Shown here: piece by piece, positions 25,078-34,735 of the stretch
Numbering within the stretch: position 1 is the first letter of the stretch
Layout of the letters: each line of letters starts with the position of its first letter
Assembly (NCBI GenBank): GCA_964565195.1
Contig: CAZMCQ010000001.1
Location: 133,309-194,962, forward strand
Direction of reading: 5' to 3'
Source: an uncultured Candidatus Saccharibacteria bacterium
Lineage (GTDB): Bacteria; Patescibacteriota; Doudnabacteria; UBA920; 2-01-FULL-46-14
Length of the DNA: 61,654 nt
Notes under the pieces: model-generated
Seen by the model: the letters and a program-made list of their open reading frames with translations, nothing else
Database searches by the model: none
What the model was told of the DNA's origin: nothing
Translations under genes and position numbers: made by a program

Positions 25078-26043
25078 ATGCAAAAATTAATCGTCCTCAC
25101 TGGCCCGACGGCCTCGGGCAAGACTACCCTGTCGTTCCGGCTCGCCAAAAAATTTGGAGGCGAGATTGTCTCCGCTGACTCGCGCCAGGTTTACCAAGGG
25201 CTGGATATCGGCACGGCGAAGCCACCGATCTCACCCTTGAGGCGCAGCCGAAAGGCAGTGAAATCGAGCGTCCCGTCGAATGACGGGACCCATTACGTTC
25301 TTGTGGATAGAATACCACACTATTTAATTGACATAAAAAATCCGAATCAGCGCTTCACGCTCGCCCAATACAAACGCGCGGCGGAGCAGGCCATCCGGAA
25401 AATCTCCAAAAAAGGCAAAGTGCCGTTTCTCGTCGGCGGGACCGGGCTTTACCTCGAGGCGATCGTGCGCAACCTTGAGATCCCGGCGGTGAAGCCGAAT
25501 AAAAAACTGCGGACGCGCCTCGAAAAGCAAATGCTTCGGCACGGCCTCCCCTACCTTTTTGGCAAGCTCACGGTTCTCGATCCCGAGGCGGCCTACATTG
25601 TGGATCCGCATAACCCGCGCCGCGTGATCCGCGCGCTCGAGGTCACGCTCACCACCAAACAGCCATTTACCAAACAACGCCGCGCAGGCACAAAGAAATT
25701 TAGTACGCTAATGCTTGGCCTCGCGGTCAACCCGAAACTCTTGCAGAAAAAAATCGCCAAAAGAACCCGGGCCATGTTTGACAGAGGATTAATAAATGAG
25801 GTAAAAAGACTAGTGAGAAGCTTTGGTGCGCGCAAGGAGGCCTTTGACGCCATCGGCTACCGCGAAGTGATCGATTATCTCGCCGGTAAAATCACTCGCG
25901 ATGAGGCCGAAAAACAAATTAACCGTAATACCTGGCGCTTTGCCAGGCGGCAGTACACGTATTTAAAACGCCTGCCGATAATCTGGGTTACCAGTCAAGG
26001 GCAGGCCGAAAAACAAATCAGAAAATTTCTGGAGGACAAATGA
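25078..26043 (+). CDS. miaA: tRNA dimethylallyltransferase
   Basis: LTGPTASGKT, EIVSADSRQVY.GLDIGTAKP, PHYLID, VGGTGLY, NPRRVIRALEV, IGYREV, FARRQYT. Confidence 0.96.
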   Translation: MQKLIVLTGPTASGKTTLSFRLAKKFGGEIVSADSRQVYQGLDIGTAKPPISPLRRSRKAVKSSVPSNDGTHYVLVDRIPHYLIDIKNPNQRFTLAQYKRAAEQAIRKISKKGKVPFLVGGTGLYLEAIVRNLEIPAVKPNKKLRTRLEKQMLRHGLPYLFGKLTVLDPEAAYIVDPHNPRRVIRALEVTLTTKQPFTKQRRAGTKKFSTLMLGLAVNPKLLQKKIAKRTRAMFDRGLINEVKRLVRSFGARKEAFDAIGYREVIDYLAGKITRDEAEKQINRNTWRFARRQYTYLKRLPIIWVTSQGQAEKQIRKFLEDK

Positions 26044-26162
26044 TTACGCTTGGATTCTGGTACTGGTTTGCGCTGATCTATCCCTGGATCTGCGTCATCG
26101 TCATCATGATTTCTTGCCTTGGCATATTGAGGCTGAAGCACAAAAAAGGCGGCGGGCCGTAA
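26040..26162 (+). CDS. Small single-TM protein (40 aa) translationally coupled to miaA
   Basis: MITLGFWYWFALIYPWICVIVIMISCLGILRLKHKKGGGP; ATGA overlap with the miaA stop; GGAGG 5 nt upstream. Confidence 0.55.
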   Translation: MITLGFWYWFALIYPWICVIVIMISCLGILRLKHKKGGGP

Positions 26163-26177
26163 GGTCCACCGCCTCAA

Positions 26178-27593
26178 TCATTTTAGTTTCTCTTCCAGAA
26201 TCTTATTCACGATCTGCGGATTGCCCCGCCCTCCGGTTTTGGCCATCACTTTCCCGACCAAAACGCCGAGGGCTTGTTTTTTGCCGGCTTTATAATCAGC
26301 CACTGGCTTTGGGTTCTCGGCGATGGCTTCTTGAACCGCTGCTTCAATTGCTATTTCATCCGAAACCTGCCCGAGTCCGACGTCCGCAGCGATGTTGGAC
26401 GGATCGCCGCCTTTGGCAAACATAACTGCCAAAATTTGCTTGCCGGCGGTGGAGGAAACCTCGCCGCGATCAATCATCTTGAGCAGCTCGGCAAAATTTT
26501 CTGGGGTAATTTTCGAGTGCTGCGGATTGGTATTGACAACCCAGTTGGCCACAAGCTTGACCAGTTTTTTGACCCCCTCTTCCCTTGCCTCCCCTTTCAC
26601 CCATTCCTGCAATTCCGAAACCACTTCCTCAAAATATCCGGCCAGGCTTTTGTCGGCGATCAAAACTTCAGAGTCAGCTTGCGACAAGCCAAACTCCCTC
26701 TGAAAACGCCGAGCTTTATCCTGCGGCAGCTCGGGCATGCTCGAACGGAGTTCCTGTATATACTCCTTGCTGAAATGCAAAATCGGCAGGTCCGGCTCCG
26801 GAAAATAGCGGTAATCGTGCGCTTCTTCTTTGCTGCGCTGCAGCACTGTCTCCACTCCGTTCCAGCCGCGCGTCTCATTGGCCAGTTTCTCGCCAGCCCC
26901 GAGCGCCTCAGACTGCCTCTTGATCTCAAATTGCAAGGAATCAAAGACGGCCTTGAAGGAGTTGAGATTTTTAAGCTCCACTTTGTATTTCGGCAGTTCC
27001 TTTTCCCCGCTCTTCCTCACCGAAACGTTCGGCTCGCCGCGCAAGTGCCCCTTCTCCATATCCCCGTCCGAGACCTCGAGATAGCGGACAATATTACGCA
27101 GCTGTTGCAAAAAGTCCTTCACTTCGCCGGCAGAATGAAAATCCGGCTCGGTGACCACTTCAAGAAGCGGCACGCCCGCACGATTGAAATCCACCAAGCT
27201 CGAATTGCCCTGATGCACCAGTTTGCCCGTGTCTTCCTCAAGATGCACGCGGCGGATATGGATCTTGCCCAGTTTGCCATCTGTCGAAATGGGCTGGTCG
27301 TACTGCGAAATCTGGTAACCCTTCGGCAGATCCGGATAGAAATAATTTTTCCGGTCAAACTTGGAGTGCGGTGCGATCTCGCAGCCGAGCGCAAGCCCCA
27401 CGAGCGCGGCTTTGCGGACGGCTTCCTCGTTTGGCACCGGCAGACTGCCCGGCTGGCCAGTGCAAACCTCGCAGATGTGCGTGTTCGGCGGCGCGTCCAA
27501 GACGCTGTTCGGCGACGAGCAGAACATTTTGGACTTCGTTTTCAGCTGGATATGTATCTCCAGGCCTATCACGGGTTCAAATTTTGTGATCAT
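26178..27593 (-). CDS. gatB: Asp/Glu-tRNA amidotransferase subunit B
   Basis: VIGLEIHIQL, FDRKNYFYPDLPKGYQISQ, HLEEDTGK, DFNRAGVPLLE, YRYFPEPDLP. Confidence 0.97.
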   Translation of the reverse strand: MITKFEPVIGLEIHIQLKTKSKMFCSSPNSVLDAPPNTHICEVCTGQPGSLPVPNEEAVRKAALVGLALGCEIAPHSKFDRKNYFYPDLPKGYQISQYDQPISTDGKLGKIHIRRVHLEEDTGKLVHQGNSSLVDFNRAGVPLLEVVTEPDFHSAGEVKDFLQQLRNIVRYLEVSDGDMEKGHLRGEPNVSVRKSGEKELPKYKVELKNLNSFKAVFDSLQFEIKRQSEALGAGEKLANETRGWNGVETVLQRSKEEAHDYRYFPEPDLPILHFSKEYIQELRSSMPELPQDKARRFQREFGLSQADSEVLIADKSLAGYFEEVVSELQEWVKGEAREEGVKKLVKLVANWVVNTNPQHSKITPENFAELLKMIDRGEVSSTAGKQILAVMFAKGGDPSNIAADVGLGQVSDEIAIEAAVQEAIAENPKPVADYKAGKKQALGVLVGKVMAKTGGRGNPQIVNKILEEKLK

Positions 27594-27608
27594 AATTTAA
27601 AAAATGAT

Positions 27609-27676
27609 TGTCATTCTGAGGCCGAAGGCCGAAGAATCTCTATTCTGAGAGATTCTTCGCTTCGCTCAGGATGACA
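27609..27676. repeat. REP-like palindrome TGTCATTCTGAG...CTCAGGATGACA
   Basis: Inner GAAGAATCT/AGATTCTTC arms; overlaps the gatA stop. Confidence 0.85.
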
Positions 27677-29105
27677 AGTCAGGTCTCCTTTTATGCCACT
27701 CCGTACTTTGTTCAAAAGTATAAGCTGCCCGCAATAATTTCGCTTCATTCCACCAAGCCCCAATGAGTTGCAAACCGACGGGTAATCCCTTTGCAAATCC
27801 GCACGGCACGGAAATCGCCGGCAGGCCCGCGATATTAACCGGTACGGTAAAAATATCCGCAAGATACATTGCGAGCGGATTATCCACCTTTTCGCCAATT
27901 TTGAAAGCTGTTGTCGGGGATGTAGACCCGGCAATGATATCAACCTTCTCAAAAACTTTTTTAAATTCCTCGCGGATCATCTGCTGCACAGCCAAAGCTT
28001 TTTTATAATACGCGTCATAGTAGCCCGCGGAACTTGCGTACGTGCCGAGAATGATGCGACGTTTAACTTCAGGACCGAAACCCGCGTCCCGTGTTTTATA
28101 ATAATCTCCGTCCACTGACAAACCATACTTGATGCCATCATACCGCGCCATGTTCGAGGCCACCTCTACAGGAACTATAATGTAATAAGTCGCCAGCGCG
28201 TATTCCAGTATGGGCAAACTCACCTGGACGATTTCCGCCCCCAAATCCTTGAGCTTTGCGATTGCCACTTCCACATTTTGCCGGACTTGTGGGTCCAATC
28301 CTTCAGTAAAAAATTCCTTTGGCACACCCACGCGAAGACCCTGAATACCATCCTCAATCCCAGCAGTAAAATCCTCCGGGGCTTTATCCAAAGTCGTCGC
28401 GTCTTTGGGATCAAAACCCGCAAGCTCGTTCAAAACTAAGCCCGCGTCGCGAACAGTCTTGGTAATCGGGCCGATCTGGTCAAGCGATGAAGTCATCGCC
28501 ATAAGGCCCGCGCGGCTCACGCGCCCATAGGTCGGCTTCAGACCAACAACGCCGCACAGGCTTGCCGGTTGCCTGATGGATCCGCCAGTATCTGAACCAA
28601 GCGAATATACCGCGAGGTCAGCGGCCACCGAAACTGCTGAACCGCCTGAAGTGCCGCCGGGAACGAATTCCTTGTTCCACGGATTTTTAGACGGGCCAAA
28701 GGCCGAATTTTCCGTGGAAGCCCCCATTGCAAATTCATCCAAATTGGTTTTGCCCAAGATGACCGCGCCAGCGCTTTCCAGTTTTTTGACTGCGGTTGCA
28801 GTGTAGGGAGCAGTATAATTTTCCAACATCTTTGAAGCCGCGGTCGTCTTCTCTCCGGCAATCACCATATTATCCTTGATGGCCACGGGAATGCCGACGA
28901 GCGGCCCGGCTTCGCCGCGCGCCAATTTTTCGTCCGCTGCCCCCGCCCGTTCAAACGCCTTCTCGGAAATACTCAAAAAAACATTGAGCTGCGGATTGTA
29001 TTTTTCAATCCGGTCGAGATAAAATCGCGTCAGCTCGACTGAACTGAATTGTTTGTTCTTTAAGCCCTCGGCCGCTTCGATAATGGTTAATTCGTGCAAC
29101 TGCAT
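27666..29105 (-). CDS. gatA: Asp/Glu-tRNA amidotransferase subunit A
   Basis: IPVAIKDN, GKTNLDEFAMG, PGGTSGGSA, LGSDTGGSIRQPA, EVKRRIILG, MYLADIFT. Confidence 0.97.
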   Translation of the reverse strand: MQLHELTIIEAAEGLKNKQFSSVELTRFYLDRIEKYNPQLNVFLSISEKAFERAGAADEKLARGEAGPLVGIPVAIKDNMVIAGEKTTAASKMLENYTAPYTATAVKKLESAGAVILGKTNLDEFAMGASTENSAFGPSKNPWNKEFVPGGTSGGSAVSVAADLAVYSLGSDTGGSIRQPASLCGVVGLKPTYGRVSRAGLMAMTSSLDQIGPITKTVRDAGLVLNELAGFDPKDATTLDKAPEDFTAGIEDGIQGLRVGVPKEFFTEGLDPQVRQNVEVAIAKLKDLGAEIVQVSLPILEYALATYYIIVPVEVASNMARYDGIKYGLSVDGDYYKTRDAGFGPEVKRRIILGTYASSAGYYDAYYKKALAVQQMIREEFKKVFEKVDIIAGSTSPTTAFKIGEKVDNPLAMYLADIFTVPVNIAGLPAISVPCGFAKGLPVGLQLIGAWWNEAKLLRAAYTFEQSTEWHKRRPDLSS

Positions 29106-29207
29106 AAAAATTAAAAATGTAAAATGCAAAAATCAAAATGACAATGAAAAATCCAAAATTTTAAATTTTCAATTGTCATTTTACATTTTGATATTTGAAT
29201 TTTGAAT
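29106..29207. repeat. AT-rich periodic palindrome (CAAAATG/CATTTTG type), no cargo
   Basis: aaaatgtaaaatgcaaaaatcaaaatgacaat...attgtcattttacattttgatatttgaattttg fills the gatC-gatA gap. Confidence 0.75.
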
Positions 29208-29497
29208 TAGCCTTCAAATACTCCTTTCGCTTCAAAAAACCGTTGCTTGCGTTTGGGGGCCACTCTCAAAATTGCCTCTTGAATACCGAAATCCTCTGAC
29301 TCGTCTAGGCGCCACTGATTGATCGGTTTGTGTTCGGCCAAACTTAAATCCACGCCTTTAGTGTTCACCTCGTTTAATTTCGCGACATATTCCAAAATGC
29401 TCGCGACATCGCGGGTGAGTTTGTCCTTCTCCTTCTCCGAGAGAGCCAGGCGGGCGAGCTTGGCCACATGCTCGATATCCTTCTTCGTAATTGACAT
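29207..29497 (-). CDS. gatC: Asp/Glu-tRNA amidotransferase subunit C
   Basis: MSITKKDIEHVAKLARLAL, ILEYVAKLNEVNT; upstream of gatA. Confidence 0.93.
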   Translation of the reverse strand: MSITKKDIEHVAKLARLALSEKEKDKLTRDVASILEYVAKLNEVNTKGVDLSLAEHKPINQWRLDESEDFGIQEAILRVAPKRKQRFFEAKGVFEG

Positions 29498-29543
29498 GGG
29501 GTAATAATAGTATAGAATTAATGCGTTGAGCAATTAAAATCAT

Positions 29544-29611
29544 TGTCATTCTGAGGAGCAGAGCGACGAAGAATCTAGATTCTTCGTCGCCTTCGGCGGA
29601 TCAGAATGACA
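29544..29611. repeat. REP-like palindrome TGTCATTCTGA...TCAGAATGACA
   Basis: Same family as 27609-27676 (gacgaagaatct agattcttcgtc core). Confidence 0.85.
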
Positions 29612-29626
29612 GAAAGACAACATATT

Positions 29627-30175
29627 ATGATGTATATTTGGATAATCTTGGCGCTCGTGGTCCTCTGGCTCATCTATACTTTTAATTCCCTGGTTAGAAG
29701 TCGCAACCGCGCGAATGAGGCCTGGAGCGATATCGAGGTGCAGCTTAAACGCCGTTATGACCTCATCCCGAACCTGGTCTCGACCGTCAAAGGGTATGCC
29801 AGCCACGAAGACCGCGTGCTAAACCAAGTTACCGAAGCGCGGCAAGCCGCCATGGGCGCGGGCACTGTGCACGACAAACTTGGGAAAGAAAATATGCTCT
29901 CCGGCGCGCTGAAGTCGCTTTTTGCCGTGGCCGAGAACTATCCGGACCTCAAGGCCAACCAGAACTTTCTCTCTCTGCAGGGCGACCTCACTGACACGGA
30001 AAACAAAATCCAGGCCGCGCGCCGCTTTTACAACGGCAATGTCCGCGATTACAATACAAAGTTGCAGGTCTTTCCGACCAACCTGATCGCCGGACTTATG
30101 CACTTCCAGGCCCGCGAATTTTTCGACATTGACGAAAAAGGGCCGGAAGGACAACCCGTCGAGGTCAAATTTTAG
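29627..30175 (+). CDS. lemA: LemA family protein
   Basis: TFNSLV..RNRANEAWSDIEVQLKRRYDLIPNLV, AENYPDLKAN, ENKIQAARRFYN. Confidence 0.95.
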   Translation: MMYIWIILALVVLWLIYTFNSLVRSRNRANEAWSDIEVQLKRRYDLIPNLVSTVKGYASHEDRVLNQVTEARQAAMGAGTVHDKLGKENMLSGALKSLFAVAENYPDLKANQNFLSLQGDLTDTENKIQAARRFYNGNVRDYNTKLQVFPTNLIAGLMHFQAREFFDIDEKGPEGQPVEVKF

Positions 30176-30235
30176 GAATTAGGTATTAGCTTATAGCTTT
30201 TAGGCCTATAACCTATCAGCTATCTCCTATAAACT

Positions 30236-31138
30236 ATGCTTGTTTACGAACACATCGCTGCAAACAAAACAAAAACTGCGATACTGCTCGCGGTCTTTTT
30301 GATATTAATCATTCTTCTCGGCTTCACTTTCTCCCAAGCCTACGGCGATCCGAGCATTTTATATTCTGCCGTCGCCTTCTCTATTATTTACGCGCTCATC
30401 AGTTATTTCTGGAGTCCGCAAATTACTCTTGCAATCTCCAAAGCGCGCAAGGTCGAGCGAAAAGATAATCCGGAACTCTATAATCTGGTCGAGAACCTGT
30501 CCATTGCCGCGGGCCTGCCCGCGCCGAAGATTTATGTAATCGATGATACGGCTCTGAACGCCTTTGCCACCGGCCGTAACCCCAAAACCGCGGTCATCTG
30601 CTTCACGACTGGCATCATCCAGACGCTGAAGCAACCCGAACTTGAGGCCGTGGCCGCGCACGAACTCTCGCACATCGGCAACTATGACATTCGCCTGATG
30701 ACCCTCGTGGTTGTGCTGGTCGGCGTGCTCACCCTGCTGGCGGATTTTTTCCTGCGAATGTCTTTTTATGGCCGCCGTTCACGCGACAACAGCGGCGGAC
30801 AGCTCCAGCTCATCGCCATCATTGTTGGTGTAATTCTCGCGCTGCTTTCCCCGGTCATTGCCACTTTAATTCAACTGGCAATTTCCCGAAAGCGCGAATT
30901 TCTCGCTGATGCCTCGGGCGCGCTCCTCACCCGTTACCCCGAAGGGCTCGCGAGCGCTTTGGAAAAAATCTCCGCTGACCGCGAGCCGCTCGAGGCGGCC
31001 AACAAAGCCACAGCGCATTTATATATCGCCAACCCGCTCAAAAACCATCACGACCGCGTCGGCTGGTTTGCCGGTCTCTTCAACACCCACCCGCCGGTGG
31101 CGGAACGAATCAAAAGATTGCGGGAAATGGGAACGTAA
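30236..31138 (+). CDS. htpX: M48 family zinc metalloprotease HtpX
   Basis: LNAFATGRNP, VAAHELSHI (HEXXH), ISRKREFLADA, NTHPP..ERI. Confidence 0.92.
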   Translation: MLVYEHIAANKTKTAILLAVFLILIILLGFTFSQAYGDPSILYSAVAFSIIYALISYFWSPQITLAISKARKVERKDNPELYNLVENLSIAAGLPAPKIYVIDDTALNAFATGRNPKTAVICFTTGIIQTLKQPELEAVAAHELSHIGNYDIRLMTLVVVLVGVLTLLADFFLRMSFYGRRSRDNSGGQLQLIAIIVGVILALLSPVIATLIQLAISRKREFLADASGALLTRYPEGLASALEKISADREPLEAANKATAHLYIANPLKNHHDRVGWFAGLFNTHPPVAERIKRLREMGT

Positions 31139-31171
31139 TACGTGTGTCTAAACAAATGTTAGGAGGAAAAA

Positions 31172-31552
31172 ATGAAATATGCTTTGCTGTTTACGATTTT
31201 TGCCATTATAAACAATCATGCCGTGGCTGAACAGGTGTTTGTTCTCGATTTCAGTAAAGGGCCCAGCTTGCTCAATCCGCCAATCCCGAAACTCGTGCGC
31301 CTGGATCTGGACAATTCCCAATTGCCGCGCGGACAACTGAAATACGCGACTGATCTGCCAGAATGGAACGAGCCGAAATACAATCTCGCCAGGGAGTTGC
31401 GCGAGAATGCCGAGAGGATCATTGGGGGAATGATTATCGTCGGTGTCGCGTGGCGCATCTACAAGCGATTCCAAGCCCAGTCCCCGCTCAAGTTCAGCCG
31501 TTACGAGAACGGGGTGCAAGCCAAGTTCCGCCTGAACTTCGGCGAGGAGTAA
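31172..31552 (+). CDS. Hypothetical secreted protein
   Basis: GGAGG RBS; signal-peptide-like MKYALLFTIFAIINNHAVA. Confidence 0.5.
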   Translation: MKYALLFTIFAIINNHAVAEQVFVLDFSKGPSLLNPPIPKLVRLDLDNSQLPRGQLKYATDLPEWNEPKYNLARELRENAERIIGGMIIVGVAWRIYKRFQAQSPLKFSRYENGVQAKFRLNFGEE

Positions 31553-31659
31553 AGTTGACTCTGAAGTGGAGTACCCGTCGCCGGGATGGATCACGCCCAT
31601 CTGGATGACGGTCCGCCCCCGAGCGCAGCTCAACGCGCTCGGGCTTTATTTTTACAAAA

Positions 31660-32091
31660 TTATTTATTCATCACTTTCCTTATCACCTCGCTGCGGAAAC
31701 CTTTGCTTTGCAAACTGCGCGCGAGTTTTTCAAAAGTGTCCCTCCCCTGCCTCCGCAGCTTGCCGATTAGTCGGCGCGCGACCTGCTCCTCGTCGGCAAT
31801 GCCAAAAAATTCAGCAAGCGCGGCCTCGGCCATACTTGACGGGATATGGCGCGCGAGCAGCTTGCCCTTGATGCCGTAAAATCCCCAATCCTTGTAGCGC
31901 TTCATATTTTCCACAAAAATCTCGGCAAATTTCTGGTCATTGAGAAATTTCTGCCCCTCGAGCTCCCGCAGGGCTTCCTGAATATCGGTCGGCTGGAAGC
32001 CCTTTTGTTTGAGCTTTTGGAAAAGCTCGCCAGTGGTATGCATCCGGATGTTGAGCAGGGCAATGGCTTTGTCGTAAACCTTCGGATTCAT
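31660..32091 (-). CDS. recX: Recombination regulator RecX
   Basis: KAIALLNIRMHTTGELFQKLKQKGF, FLNDQKFA, G.YGIKGKL, L..KGF; ATG 32091. Confidence 0.88.
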   Translation of the reverse strand: MNPKVYDKAIALLNIRMHTTGELFQKLKQKGFQPTDIQEALRELEGQKFLNDQKFAEIFVENMKRYKDWGFYGIKGKLLARHIPSSMAEAALAEFFGIADEEQVARRLIGKLRRQGRDTFEKLARSLQSKGFRSEVIRKVMNK

Positions 32092-32105
32092 AGTATTATA
32101 ATAGC

Positions 32106-32795
32106 ATGTGGCAATTCGCGCTTGATCTCTTGTTTCCTGTGCTCTGCCAGGACTGCGGCCGGGAAGGGCGCTATCTCTGCCTCGAATGCGCGGCCAATCT
32201 CCCCGCAGACGAGCCGCGCTGCATCGCCTGCGGCAAACCGTCACTTCTCGGAAGAATACATGATGATTGCCGAACGCGAGAGTGGGCGCTCACCGGCGTG
32301 CTGGTCGCAGCGAGTTATGATGCGGAAGTGGTGCGCGATCTCATTTGGCAGATGAAATACAACTCGGTGGCGAGCATTGCGGATCACCTCGCCGAGCTCC
32401 TCGTGGATCACCTCGTCAAAAACGATCTGGTTGACTATTTCAGCGCGGCCACAGTGATCGCGGTGCCGCTTCACAAAACGCGCCGGCGCGAACGGGGCTT
32501 CAACCAGGCCGAACTCCTCGCGACCAAATTCGCCGCGCGCCTAGGCCTTCAGCATTACCCCGAAGCGCTGAAGAAGATAAACAATACCAAACCGCAGGCC
32601 AAACTCAAACGCGAAGAGCGGATGAAAAATGTAGAGGGCTTATTTGCTGGCGAGGCAATCCCTTCGCTTGAACAGCGCAAAATAATTTTGATTGACGACG
32701 TGACCACGACCGGCGCGACTTTGAACGAATGCGCCAAGGTCCTAAAAACACAAAACCCCAGCGAGATCTGGGGTCTTGTCGTCGCCCGAAATTGA
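32106..32795 (+). CDS. comF: ComF family competence protein (double zinc ribbon plus PRT domain)
   Basis: LDLLFP..CQDCG..CLEC..CIACG..C; VPLH..RRRERGFNQA; ILIDDVTTTGATL. Confidence 0.93.
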   Translation: MWQFALDLLFPVLCQDCGREGRYLCLECAANLPADEPRCIACGKPSLLGRIHDDCRTREWALTGVLVAASYDAEVVRDLIWQMKYNSVASIADHLAELLVDHLVKNDLVDYFSAATVIAVPLHKTRRRERGFNQAELLATKFAARLGLQHYPEALKKINNTKPQAKLKREERMKNVEGLFAGEAIPSLEQRKIILIDDVTTTGATLNECAKVLKTQNPSEIWGLVVARN

Positions 32796-32798
32796 TAC

Positions 32799-32990
32799 TT
32801 ACCAGCCCAGGGCGCGGATCACGTCGTCCGCGGAATTGTAAGTGCCTTCGGGGAGTTTCTCGGCAAATTCCTTTTTATCCTCCTCGGAAAAATCCGAGAG
32901 ATTGTTGCAGTGGGCCACGAGTTCGGCTTTGGTGGAAGGGTAGGTTGCATGCCCCCGCAGGTGGCTCATGGCGTTGTCTTTATCCGTCAT
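32799..32990 (-). CDS. Small DUF2795-like protein
   Basis: HL....YPSTKAELV...........LPEGTYNSADDV pattern. Confidence 0.7.
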   Translation of the reverse strand: MTDKDNAMSHLRGHATYPSTKAELVAHCNNLSDFSEEDKKEFAEKLPEGTYNSADDVIRALGW

Positions 32991-33083
32991 AATCATTATC
33001 CTTTCGCAATTTAATTTTACTGATGGAAAATTTCGACCGCCTGATAACTATAAACAGCGACACACTTTCTGTCAACTGGACAC

Positions 33084-33175
33084 TGGCGGAAGGGATGGGA
33101 TTCGAACCCATGGGACCCTTTTTACGGGGTCACGGTTTAGCAAACCGTTGCCTTAAACCACTCGGCCACCCTTCC
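33084..33175 (-). tRNA. tRNA-Ser(GCU)
   Basis: Reverse complement GGAAGGGTGGCCGAGTGGTTTAAGGCAACGGTTTGCTAAACCG...GGTTCGAATCCCATCCCTTCCGCCA. Confidence 0.95.
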
Positions 33176-33279
33176 TCGTCGCAATGTACCTGCGTTTTCA
33201 AATTATACCAAATATTGTATAATAATGGAACTTTTGGCCGAAAAATGAAACAACTTTGGCTTAAGGAACGTCTTTATCA

Positions 33280-33867
33280 TTGAACCACTTTCAATTGGTT
33301 TCCAACACAAATAAAAACGACGAGTTGGGTGCTCTTGTCAGAAAAGCGGCGGCCGGGGACGAGCTGGCTTTTGGGCAAATTTATGATTTGTACTTTGAAA
33401 AAGTCTATCGGTTCGTCTATTATCGCGTGAACCACAGCGAGACGGCCGAGGATCTGGTCGCCGAGACCTTCATCCGCGTCTGGAACAAAATTGCCAAAAT
33501 TTCTGACGCTGCGGCTTTCCAGGCCTGGATTTTCCAAATCGCGCGCAACCTCGTAGTGGACCATTACCGCGCGAGAAAAATCACGGTGGATATCGCGGAG
33601 CTGGAGAATGTTCTGGAATACGAAGATAACATCATTGACCAGGCCAACCTCGGGTTCGACCAGAAAAAACTTTTGGAAGCATTGAAGCAGCTTTCTACTG
33701 ATCAGCAGGTCGTCATCAAACTGAAATTTATCGATGAACTCGACAACGACGAGATTGCAAAAATCCTCGACAAAACCGAGGGCGCGATCCGCGTTATCCA
33801 GCACCGCGCCATAGCGCAACTCAAAGAGTTGCTCAACCATAACCATAACAATAACAATGACAGATAG
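33280..33867 (+). CDS. ECF RNA polymerase sigma factor
   Basis: AFGQIYDLY..KVYRFVYYRV...AEDLVAETF, WIFQIARNLVVDHYR, VIKLKF..EL...EIA.IL.KTEGAIRV..HRA. Confidence 0.92.
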   Translation: MNHFQLVSNTNKNDELGALVRKAAAGDELAFGQIYDLYFEKVYRFVYYRVNHSETAEDLVAETFIRVWNKIAKISDAAAFQAWIFQIARNLVVDHYRARKITVDIAELENVLEYEDNIIDQANLGFDQKKLLEALKQLSTDQQVVIKLKFIDELDNDEIAKILDKTEGAIRVIQHRAIAQLKELLNHNHNNNNDR

Positions 33868-34684
33868 CGATCCAGAAAAATTCATAGCCGAACAATTTGC
33901 GCGGCTCCCCCGCAAGCCCGTAGTTTCGGGACATAAAGAAACAGTGTGGCTCAATATCCAGAACGAACTGCGCAGCATCCGAACGGCCGCGCCCCAAACG
34001 CAGTCGAGGGGCTTTTTCCTGCGCCACAAATTCAATCGCTATTCTGTCACTGCGCTCATCGTCGTGGTCGGCGGCAGCGTGGTCGGCGGCACGGCGTTTG
34101 CCGCGCAGTCCAGTCTGCCCGGTGAGACGCTTTACGGCGTAAAGATCGCCACCGAAAAAGTCCAGGTCGTGCTCGCGACGAGCGATGAACAGAAAGTCAA
34201 AATCCTCTCCACCCACGCCAAGAAACGGCTCAATGAAGTGACCAAACTCGTCGAGGCGAAACAGCCGGGAGCCGTTGTTACCCAGACATTGGAAGCGCTG
34301 AAAAACACCACGGACAAAGTCGTGGCGGTTACGACAGAAAAGCCGGAACTCGCCGAACATGCGGAGGCGCTGGCGGCCGAAGAAAAGCAGGTCCTCGCCA
34401 CGGTTGCGCCGCAGGCCGAGGGTGAAGCCAGGGAGGCAGTGGAGCAGGCCCTAAGCCAGCTGGAAAACACGGACACTTCCGTGGGCGAACCCGCAGAAGT
34501 AAAAGGCACTCAAACCGCTTCCAGCACCGCGCCGGCCAGAACAGGAACGGCCAAAAAAATTGGGAAACCGCTGCCGAAACCGATTCTTACTCTGCCGGGC
34601 GAGGGCTACCTTGAGTCGCCGATCCAGATCGGCGGCGTGATCAACGGCGACGACGGCGAAACCGTCGAACCAATCCAGCCGTAA
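33857..34684 (+). CDS. Putative anti-sigma factor with DUF5667 domain
   Basis: Overlaps the sigma gene; one TM helix then AAQSSLPGETLYGVK..TEKVQ....A.KRL.E. Confidence 0.75.
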   Translation: MTDSDPEKFIAEQFARLPRKPVVSGHKETVWLNIQNELRSIRTAAPQTQSRGFFLRHKFNRYSVTALIVVVGGSVVGGTAFAAQSSLPGETLYGVKIATEKVQVVLATSDEQKVKILSTHAKKRLNEVTKLVEAKQPGAVVTQTLEALKNTTDKVVAVTTEKPELAEHAEALAAEEKQVLATVAPQAEGEAREAVEQALSQLENTDTSVGEPAEVKGTQTASSTAPARTGTAKKIGKPLPKPILTLPGEGYLESPIQIGGVINGDDGETVEPIQP

Positions 34685-34695
34685 AACCTGAATAA

Positions 34696-34727
34696 ATAAA
34701 AAACCCCGCTGCTGCGGGATTTTTTAT
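34696..34727. terminator. Bidirectional intrinsic terminator
   Basis: AAAAAA-CCCCGC-TGCT-GCGGGA-TTTTTT between convergent genes. Confidence 0.7.
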
Positions 34728-34735
34728 TTGGCGGG

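Noticed and set aside
32341-32349. Exact match of guide TCATTTGGC inside comF
   Set aside because: The partner half-site (TGCCTTTCT) is not adjacent, and one 9-mer hit somewhere in 61 kb on either strand is expected by chance.
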